A stretch of DNA of 63,719 nucleotides, counting the filler, from Octopus bimaculoides (lineage: Eukaryota), in assembly GCF_001194135.2 (NCBI RefSeq). It is 5 parts of 5 records of this genome, joined end to end, with 100 filler letters (N's around TTAATTAATTAA, not from the genome) between each part and the next. Parts side by side here need not be neighbours in the genome. Positions count along the whole stretch, not along the records: positions 49,888 to 58,507 come from NW_026397266.1; positions 58,608 to 61,991 come from NW_026340955.1; positions 62,092 to 63,719 come from NW_026438765.1; 2 more parts are not named here. One strand, given 5' to 3'. The position numbers and the translations under genes are program-made. This document shows, piece by piece, positions 54,175-63,719 of this stretch (positions within the stretch are counted from its first letter, which is position 1; every line of letters begins with the position of its first letter). The notes beneath the pieces were generated by a model. The model was not told the DNA's origin and did not search any database. It saw only the letters and a program-made list of their open reading frames with translations.

Positions 54175-54390
54175 GGCGGTGAGCTGGCTGAATCGTTAGT
54201 GCGTCGGACGAAATGCTTAGCGGTTTCGTCCGTCGCTTCGTTCTGAGTTCAAATTCTGTCGAGGTCATCTTTGCCTTTCATCCTTTTGGGGTTCGATCAA
54301 TAAAGTACCAGTTAAACACTGGGATCGATGTAACCGGCACCTCCCTTCTCCCCAAATGTCAGGCCTTGTGCCTATAGTGGAAAGTATTAT
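54175..54390 (+). mobile_element. SINE family B
   Basis: ggcggtgagctggctgaatcgttag (A-box-like) ... gagttcaaattc (B-box-like). Sits after (ATT)n. Confidence 0.92.
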
Positions 54391-54418
54391 TTTTATTATT
54401 ATTATTATTATTATTAAA

Positions 54419-54645
54419 AGCGGCCAGCTGGCAGAATCGTTAGCACGCCGGACGAAATGCTTAGCGGTATTTCGTCCGTCTTTACGTTCTGAGTTCAAAT
54501 TTCGCCAAGGTCGACTTTGCCTTTCATCCTTTCGGTGGTCGATAAATTAAGTATCTGTTGCATACTGGGGCCGATCTAATCGACTGTCCCCACCCCCACG
54601 TCCCCCAAAATTTCGTGCCTTGTGCCTAGAATAGTAAAGATTGTT
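54419..54645 (+). mobile_element. SINE family B, second tandem copy
   Basis: Collinear with the preceding copy; also preceded by (ATT)n. Confidence 0.92.
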
Positions 54646-54811
54646 ATCTTCGTTATTGGCCCCAAGGGCCGAGACCAAAAGTAGAAAAAGAAAACAAAAA
54701 AACTAGGGACAATGCAACCAGGGAAAGGCAAGTGGGGTTAATAATAATAATAATAATAATAATAAGTTCATTTGTTTGCCACAAGGGCGAAAGATGTGAT
54801 AACGCTAAATA

Positions 54812-55215
54812 AAGGAGTGACTGTGTGGAAAGTAGCTTGCTTACCAACGACATGGTTCCGGGTTCAGTCCCACAGCTTGTCACCTTGGGCAAGTGTCTTC
54901 TACTATAGCCTCAGGCTGACTAAAGCCTTCTGAGTGGATTTGGTAGACGGAAACTGAAAGAAGCCTGTCGTGTATATGTATGTGTATGTGTGTGGTTGTG
55001 TGTCTGTGTTTGTCCCCCTCCCAACATCGCTTGACAACCGATGCTGGTGTGTTTACGTCCCCCGTAACTTAGCGGTTCGGCAACAGAGAGACCGATCGAA
55101 TAAGTACTAGGCTTACCAAAGAATAAGTCCTGCGGGGACATTTGCTCGACTATAAAAGGCGGTGCTCCAGCATGGCCGCAGTCAAATGACTGAAACAAGT
55201 AAAAGAGAGTAAAAT
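54812..55215 (+). mobile_element. SINE family A, near full length
   Basis: Collinear with 61393-61810, including the ccttgggcaagtgtc CORE-like motif. Confidence 0.95.
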
Positions 55216-55270
55216 AGAGATAAACTATCTTTCTGATAACAACATTAGTTGAACAAGTAAAGTTACGGCA

Positions 55271-55306
<36 letters not shown>

Positions 55307-55351
55307 TGCTGTCAGCAGGTGCAGCAGCAGCAGTAGCACCGGCATCGCCAA

Positions 55352-55394
<43 letters not shown>

Positions 55395-55617
55395 GGGAGA
55401 ACAGCTGAGGCGAGGGAAACCGAACTCAGGAAAAAAGGCCTACAGTACACTCTACCCATCTGTGCCTGTCCGTCTGCCTGACTGACTGTCTGTCACTCCG
55501 TCTCTCTCTCTATCTCTCTCTCTCTCTCTCTCTTTCGCCTTGACTCTCTCTCTCTTTCTTTTTCTCAGCTGTCTGTCCGATTCTCCATCTCTCTCTATCA
55601 ACACATACACGGTTAAT

Positions 55618-55662
<45 letters not shown>

Positions 55663-55718
55663 CGATTCACACACACATACAAGCGTGTAGATATATAGAC
55701 AAACAGAACACAAGATCA

Positions 55719-55761
<43 letters not shown>

Positions 55762-55906
55762 TACATACAGATATATATATATTTCTACATATATACATAC
55801 ATACATACATAACTATATATACTTTCGTTCTCTCAACCGGCACTCTCCTATATTTATTTATAAATACTAACAGCATATATACTCACTCGTATATACATAT
55901 CGTTCT

Positions 55907-55943
<37 letters not shown>

Positions 55944-56057
55944 CATATACATACTAACAGTTATATATTCATATATATACATATATATAGCTATCTATAT
56001 ATTTATTCATCTTTACGGACATATATAGTTATATACATACAATAACATAATATATTG

Positions 56058-56101
<44 letters not shown>

Positions 56102-56103
56102 AA

Positions 56104-56221
56104 CTACAACAACAACAACAATGGCGATACGGATTTTCCAATTCAACGGAGACGTTCAGGGTTGCGACACCACAGCTTATGGTCAATGAATGCTGGATAC
56201 TTAATGACTTATATGGTGAGT
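56104..56221 (+). other. Candidate exon ending at strong donor ATG|GTGAGT
   Basis: CpG-retaining complex island between microsatellites, with a consensus donor at 56216-56221. No acceptor or homology recognised. Confidence 0.25.
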
Positions 56222-56484
56222 GGTCTAGTTTCGTGTCGGTCTGTCTGTCTGTCTGTCTGTGTGTATGTACGTATGTATGTATGTATGTATGTATGTATGT
56301 ATGCTTGTCTGCAGATCTGTTTGTCGGTCTATAATATCTATCCATGTTTATCTATCTATCTATCTATCCATCTATCTATCTATCTAAGTCTGTCTGCCTA
56401 CTTATGTAACTATTAATACACATACCCGTTTCTGTACGGGTATACATATGCGTTTGTGTGTGTGTGTGCATATATATATATATC

Positions 56485-56532
<48 letters not shown>

Positions 56533-56549
56533 CACACACACGTAGTCAG

Positions 56550-56580
<31 letters not shown>

Positions 56581-57314
56581 GTATACACACACACGCACAC
56601 GCACACACACACACACACACACGTAGTCAATGTGCGTATTACATGTATATAACTACATGCACCCGTGTGTATGTGTGAGCGTATATATATATATATATGT
56701 ATATATGACATATATGCATAAACACACCCGCACGTACCAGACACAAACTATTTAAAAGTATTCGCAGATCTTTCACAACACGCCAGAAATTTTATCACCA
56801 TCACGATCATCATCATCATCATTGCTTTTACCGATGTGTGTGTGTGTGTGTGTGTGTGTGGTGGGGGTGTGTATTCGTGTCATGTGAAGTCTGATGCAGA
56901 AACAGGGTCGTCCGTATGAGATAGGTGCAGAGTTCGATCCCAGTGGTCGGATTGACCCGTTCTTTACTGTCTTGCGCCGTACTTGTAGATGTTCTGCATG
57001 TGTGTGTGTGCGTGCGTGTGTGTGTGTGTGTGTATGTATATGTGTGTAAGCGAGAGAGAGAGAGAGTGAGAAAGTGCTTAAGAGTGTGTGTGTGTGTGTG
57101 TGTACGTATTTATGTGTGTGTATGAGTGTTTAAGTGTGTGTGTGTGTATGTATGCATGTATATATGCATGTGTGTATGTCTGTGTGTGTGAGAGAGAGAG
57201 AGAGTGCTTAATAGTTTGTGTGTATGTGTGAGTGACAGAGAGAGAGAGAGAGCTTAAGAGTGTGTGTGTGTGTGTGTGTAAGAGTGCTTAAGAAAGTGTG
57301 TGCGTATGCGTGTA

Positions 57315-57356
<42 letters not shown>

Positions 57357-57433
57357 AATTTGATGTTACTGTTTCTTTTCATAAGCAATCAGTATTCAGT
57401 TATATATACATACACACATAACATATATTATGG

Positions 57434-57471
<38 letters not shown>

Positions 57472-57632
57472 NNNNNNNNNNNNNNNNNNNNNNNNNNNNN
57501 NNNNNNNNNNNNNNNNNNNNNNNNNNNNNNNNNNNNNNNNNNNNNNNNNNNNNNNNNNNNNNNNNNNNNNNNNNNNNNNNNNNNNNNNNNNNNNNNNNNN
57601 NNNNNNNNNNNNNNNNNNNNNNNNNNNNNNNN

Positions 57633-57697
<65 letters not shown>

Positions 57698-57836
57698 TAA
57701 ATTCCTGATAATTATTATAAGTATTATTAATAATAATAATAATAAGTCTTAAACGTAGAGTTAACAATAGTTAATGGGAGATATTATCACATAAATGGAT
57801 GTAACAGGGGATATATAATAGAAGTAGAGAAATATA

Positions 57837-57867
<31 letters not shown>

Positions 57868-57884
57868 GTAATGATAATAATAAT

Positions 57885-58085
57885 AATGTGTGTGTGTCTT
57901 TGTCTCTGTGATTGTCCTGGTTTGTTATTGTCGCCGTAACTTAGCGGTTCAACAAAAGTGTCTGATAGAATAGGTACTAGGCTTTATAAAAAGCAATTAG
58001 TCCCGGGGGACGATTTGTTCTATTGAAATACCCGCTCCAGCATGGCTGCTGTCGGATGAGTGAAACAAGTAAAAGGATAAAAGAA
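57885..58085 (+). mobile_element. SINE family A, 3' half
   Basis: cgtaacttagcggttc...gctccagcatggc...tgaaacaagtaaaag. Confidence 0.85.
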
Positions 58086-58146
58086 TATATATGTGTGTGT
58101 GTGTGTGTGTGTATGTATATATATATGTATGTATATATATATGTAT

Positions 58147-58181
<35 letters not shown>

Positions 58182-58814
58182 CGTGTATGTGTGTTTGATT
58201 TGTAACAAGAACTGTATTGAAGGTGAGTTGAAAGTTTTGGTCCACTACGCTATCATGGGACGGTCCGATGATGGGTTGGATGGTCGGAACTTCGATGTTA
58301 CTGTCAACAGTGTTTTTATATATTTGTTGTTTATCAGATGCCCTGAATATTGCTTCAGTTTAACGAAAAACTGTTATTGTAACATAAAAACAAACGTTTA
58401 TATATATATATATATATCTACACATACATACATGCATACATGTACACACACACACATATATATATATATATACATACATACATGTATATACACACATATA
58501 TATATATNNNNNNNNNNNNNNNNNNNNNNNNNNNNNNNNNNNNNNNNNNNNTTAATTAATTAANNNNNNNNNNNNNNNNNNNNNNNNNNNNNNNNNNNNN
58601 NNNNNNNATTGTTGAAAAAATTTGATAATACGGCCCCTGTGAGGGACCTTTATATCTACTTCATATAGCTATTTTGTTTTTAATTCCCAAGGGAAATAAA
58701 CCATAGCATCTGCACAATATTGTGTTAAACTCTCAAGGGAAATAACCCATTTCATTGTTTATGTTCGATTACTTTGAATTTACTCTTTTCGCCAAACTAC
58801 TAAGTTATGATGTA

Positions 58815-58891
58815 AACATACCAGCATCAATTGTCAAGCAATGCTCAGAGGACAAACAGACACAAATATATCCACACACATACATATACAT

Positions 58892-58935
<44 letters not shown>

Positions 58936-59100
58936 TCGACAAGCTTCTTCCAGTTTCCGTCTACCAAATCCACTCACAAGACTTTGGTTGGCCCGAGGCT
59001 ATAGTAGAGGCTATATGCCGAAGGTGCCACGCAGTGGGACTGAACCCTGGACCATGTGGTTGGTAAGCAAGCTACTTATCACACAACCACTCCTGCGCCT
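58815..59100 (-). mobile_element. SINE family A, 5' two-thirds
   Basis: Ends in cacacaaccactcctgcgcct. Confidence 0.92.
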
Positions 59101-60270
59101 TTGAATATTGATTTTTTATGTGTCCAATTTCTAATTTTTGCAGACAATATCACTTTTATACTTTATTTTACACTTGAGCAGAACTCATGTCTGGAAACCT
59201 CATGACATATTTAGATTGTTGAAAAATATCGATAATACGGCCTCTCCAATGGATCCTTCTATCTACTACATATAACTGATATTTCATTTAAACAACCCTA
59301 GGGAAATAACCCATACCACCTGCAGTTTTTAGCAAAGTGATCAATATTTGGTTATCCCGATCAACCAACCTAATTCTGCATTTCACTAATCACAGTTTTG
59401 AACTTCTAAACATATTGTACTTCTTTAGTTTGGTCATAAACATTAAAGACTTCATTCATACATGTCTATACATGCATACTTTTTTGAATGCCCAATACTC
59501 TGATAATTCTGCATTTTTACAGTTACACTTTTTGCATGACAGTAGATAAATTTTTTATTCCACAACATATTTGTAGTGGCTTCATGCAGACATAGCATTG
59601 ATTCGAACCTTGATTGCCAAATTTCACTTAACACTTCAACAGTGCTTTTCTCACAGTAAAACAATAGTTTTTTTGTGAATGACGCAGTTATACATTTCCC
59701 ATATGCCTTCGCTAAGCAGAATGTCTTTGCCACTTGACCCTTCTAACCTCTTCTAGGCCACCAGGGGCTGGAATCAAGATAACAGACCTCCAACAAAATC
59801 ATTTGTTCTCAACATGTCTATCCTTCTGGCTGCTTTTTGATAGTTATAAAAACAAGAAATCTGTAAGCTAAAAGCATTTACTGAGAGCGACCATCAGTAA
59901 GTGTGAACTTTATTATTGTACTTTCTTCAAACACTTCATTCACATATTTATATACACATAATCTCTCCCTCCGCCAGCTGAGAGATTTTTGTACTTTTTT
60001 GTGACAGAAAATACACATTTTGTGGCAGTTATAATGAAATTACTTTCTTATATCAGAGTACTAAGACGTTTCAATAGAACATCTTTACCCCCGGGAATTA
60101 TTGGGTACACCAGCTAGTATATGTATATATGTATATATATGTGTATATATATATATATATGTATATATATATGTATATGTGTATATATATATGTGTGTGT
60201 ATGTATATATGTATATGTGTGTATATATATCATCATCATCATCATCATCATTTAACGTCCGCTTTCCATG

Positions 60271-60304
<34 letters not shown>

Positions 60305-60829
60305 CATATCAGAAAAAATAAGGTACTCTGTAAGCTAAAGGCATTTACTGAGAGTGACCATCAGTGAGTGTGAACATTATTATTGCACTGATCTGGATGG
60401 TTGTACATTTATAGATTTTTATTAATATGTCACACGTTTTTATAAATCACATATTAGTGCTTGCATCTATTCTAGTAGAATCTCCAGATGTAAATTTTTT
60501 TGAGGGGATTCGTCTCTTTTTATTGTATTATTGAGTGTGTAGGGGTGGGGAGTTTGTTTGCCAAAATAACATGGTAGTCCTGGTTTAGGACGAATGTTGG
60601 TGTAATTAAGCCCCAGGAGACATCGTCTCCAGTTGGCTATACAACACGATCTGTGTTCGAAAAATGTAAGCAGATGTCAACTGTGGGGTATGAAGGTATT
60701 TGTAATCATTGCTACAAATGTTTCTGTGCTGGTGGGGTGTTTATCAAGTCTATACCTAATACAGCCATTTACACAGGAATGAGAAGGAGTAAACATTATG
60801 TTGATAAGTATTCTTCCTTTGTTAATTTT

Positions 60830-61140
60830 TTTACTAGTTTTATTCAATAAATTTCTGTCCGAATTTTGAATAAAGAAAACAAGTGATCAGATATTATATT
60901 TAATTGAAATTTAATCATCAATGTACTTTCCCTGATTATCTATGACTTCCTTCTATTTACAAGCTTTTTAATCCCATCAATGTAAAACTCTTTTGGTTTC
61001 AAAGTGAAGAACTCTGAAATGTCAGTGTCGACCTCCTCCTGGCTTGCAAAAGTTATGTCCCCCAAATGATTCTGTAAACTACAAAACAAATGGTAGTCTG
61101 AAGGAGCAAGGTCGGGAGAATAAATGGTAAATGTCCTGAT
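60830..61140 (-). mobile_element. Mariner (DD34D-type) transposase C-terminus and 3' end
   Basis: YSPDLAPSDYHLFCSLQNHL...EFFTLKPKEFYIDGIKKLV...QGKYIDD*. Confidence 0.88.
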
Positions 61141-61197
61141 ACTATTCCCTAAGAATATAAAAATATATGTGCATATCTATATGTATATGTATATATT

Positions 61198-61390
61198 GGT
61201 AGAAATGGCAAGACAACAAAAAGATGAAAGAGACCTCGATATTATGTAAATAGAGAAATTTATCTGTAAATATAATATGTGGCAATTATTTGGTAGTCAT
61301 GATAAAACTCCGAGTTTCGGATGTTTCCACCCCTGACATCCGAAACTCGGAGTTTTATCATGGCTACCGAATAATTGTCACATATTATAT
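61198..61390. mobile_element. Foldback/MITE-like element; right arm cut by SINE A
   Basis: 55-bp inverted arms at 61270-61324 and 61336-61390, with 3 mismatches and an 11-nt loop. Extending the left boundary to 61198 is inference. Confidence 0.65.
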
Positions 61391-61392
61391 AT

Positions 61393-61810
61393 AGGCGCAG
61401 GAGTGGCTGTGTGGTAAGTAGCTTGCTTACTGACCACATGGTTCTGGGTTCAGTCCCACTGCGTGGCACCTTGGGCAAGTGTCTTCTACTATAGCCTCGG
61501 GCCGACCAAAGCCTTGTGAGTGGATTAGGTAGACGGAAACTGAAAGAAGCCTGTCGTATATATGTATATATATATATATATGTATGTGTGTGTATATGTT
61601 TGTGTGTCTGTGTTTGTCCCCCCAACATTGCTTGACAACCGATGGTGGTGTGTTTACGTCCCCGTAACTTAACGGTTCGGCAAAAGAGACCGATAGAATA
61701 AGTACTAGGCATCCAAAGAATAAGTCCTGGGGTCGATTTGCTCGACTAAAGGTGGTGCTCCAGCATGGCCACAGTCAAATGACTGAAACAAGTAAAAGAG
61801 TAAAAGAGTA
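61393..61810 (+). mobile_element. SINE family A, full-length low-divergence copy
   Basis: ggcgcaggagtggctgtgtggtaag head, gggttcagtccc B-box-like motif, CORE-like ccttgggcaagtgtc, internal TA/TG tract and gtaaaagag tail. Confidence 0.96.
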
Positions 61811-61991
61811 TAGGTGTAGGAGTAGCTGTGTGGTAATTAGCTTGCTTACCAACCACATGGTTGCAGATTCAGTCCCACTGTGTGGCACCTTGGGCAAGTG
61901 TCTTCTACTATAACCTTGGGCCGACCAAAGACTTGTGAGTAGATTTGGTACACGGAAACTGAAAGAAGCCCATCATATATATGTATATATA
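61811..61991 (+). mobile_element. SINE family A, second tandem copy running into gap
   Basis: Head and body collinear with the preceding copy. Confidence 0.92.
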
Positions 61992-62171
61992 NNNNNNNNN
62001 NNNNNNNNNNNNNNNNNNNNNNNNNNNNNNNNNNNTTAATTAATTAANNNNNNNNNNNNNNNNNNNNNNNNNNNNNNNNNNNNNNNNNNNNAACAAACAA
62101 GATGAGGTCAAATGTAAATAATATACATACATGCATGCATACATAAATACATAAATACATACATACATACG

Positions 62172-62884
62172 GGAGTTATTATGTCAAAAGCTTTGCATGC
62201 TGACAGGTTTATGACATCCCACTTTAAAGGCTACCTCCATGCAATTCAAGAACAAAAGTTCTCCACCAAGTACCGACTCCATAAAAGGCAGAAATTATTG
62301 ACTGACAACAATTGTTGCTTGAGCAAGACCAAGACTGAAGACGTTAACCACATTGTTGCCAGCTGCCAGAGAATGTCTTCCAGGAATTATCTTTCCAAGG
62401 GGCATAATGCAGTGGCCAGGATAACAAAAAAGAAAACACCGACAAACGAAGTTGACTACAATGAAACCGACGGGTCAAAAGAACATGAGTGGAAAATTAA
62501 AACAGCCACAAAGAAAAGATATGATCTGTTGTGGAAATCAGCTGCCCTCTGGACACCAAAATGATTCGAAAAATACAAGAGATATGGACCATTGATAAGA
62601 AAATCCAGTACCCAAGATACACTTTCGGTTTCATACATACTATTGGAGCAACAGGATACGTGTCAACTCGTCTGTAGCAAACCATGGCTGAGCTTGGGTT
62701 CTTGGGGAGAGAACGCAAATCCATAATTCACACACCACAAATGATCACGATATGTGGGACTATAAAAATCTGCAAGACCTTCTTAAGATTAAAAGGATGA
62801 TGAACAAAATATTCTTTCCTTCACAACCATGCTACCAAGTAGGTGGCCAGTCAAAATTTATTCCAAATTAAAGAGAGATGAGAA
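62172..62884 (+). mobile_element. R4-type 'VEISCP' lineage LINE, 5'-truncated, in CATA repeats
   Basis: FMTSHFKGYLHAIQEQ, TEDVNHIVASC, GHNAVAR and gtggaaatcagctgccct (62531-62548). CATA-type repeats on both sides. Confidence 0.92.
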
Positions 62885-63059
62885 CATATATACATAAATA
62901 CATACATATATAAATACACACACATACATGTGTGTGTGTGCGTGCGTGCATGTGTGTGTGCGTATGCGTGCATGTGTGTGTTGTGTGTATGTGTGTGTAT
63001 TATACATGTATGTATTTATGTATGTATGTATGTTCTCATATGTATATATATTTTAATTT

Positions 63060-63560
63060 CAAGAAAGTTAAGAGGTTGTGAATCCAACCAACTAAGGGAT
63101 AATATCTATCCAATATACTGCTGGTAGAATACCCAATTATTATTACACAAGTGTTTTTCATTGCATGGCAATTACATTACCGAGTGTAATAAATAGGTGA
63201 GGGTAAAGAGTTATTTTACCATTAACCTATAGAGCAATAAGAAAATGGAGGGGATCAATAGATAGTATTCATCAACTTATAGACATTGTATTATGTCCAT
63301 TTATTTATTTACTAAAAGGACAATTACAACAATATACATACATGTATGACATATTATGCTTTACATATATAATATGTAAAATATAAAAATATCAGTAATT
63401 ATTAAAATATATAACATATAGCAATAGAAATTAGGATAAAATCTTACAGCTGTTTCAGTCATTCTACTTTTATCCATCCACTGGACTGAAGTAGTTATTA
63501 GATGAAATTGAGGTAGTTGGGTGTTTCTCTAGGCTTCGTCAGAGATTTTATAAAGTACAT
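63060..63560 (-). mobile_element. Penelope-like pLTR remnant
   Basis: Shares the 15-mer tcttacagctgtttc (hammerhead stem III) and general layout with 42700-42960. Confidence 0.5.
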
Positions 63561-63719
63561 AAGGTTAAGCTATGAATATGAATAAATATAAATAAATACA
63601 CACACATATACATACTTTTACATATACATACATATACATAAATATACATAAATACATATACTTACACTTAAATGTACATGCATATATACATTTTCTGGCC
63701 GTTAAGTTTTCGCCAAGTT

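Noticed and set aside
59330-59760. Possible piggyBac-like Cys-rich remnant on the minus strand (QCYVCMKPL)
   Set aside because: A single weak motif among stops is insufficient to assign a family.

Overview
AT-rich, microsatellite-saturated animal DNA with many N gaps, almost certainly from an octopus. This is inferred from the tRNA-headed SINE families, the repeat density and the TTAATTAATTAA-in-N gap linkers. No host protein-coding gene can be supported; the long ORFs in the track are microsatellite or N artefacts or transposon fragments. The window is layered mobile-element debris: about 20 SINE copies of at least four families, restriction-like-endonuclease (R4/Dong-type) LINE fragments of three lineages, CR1- and RTE-type LINE ends, Penelope-like elements (PLEs), five Tc1/mariner remnants and a foldback element. 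Main observations: (1) an apparently intact minimal type I hammerhead ribozyme at 44065-44135, plus one near-intact and four decayed relatives; (2) RLE-LINE lineages that appear to partition microsatellite targets, one in (TAA)n and one in (CATA)n; (3) a 555-bp non-coding element in TAA repeats; (4) a 21-bp minisatellite amplified from a SINE interior that reads as a heptad-repeat peptide; (5) a 5'-inverted PLE. All family names come from motif recognition by eye, not database searches, and most element boundaries are approximate.
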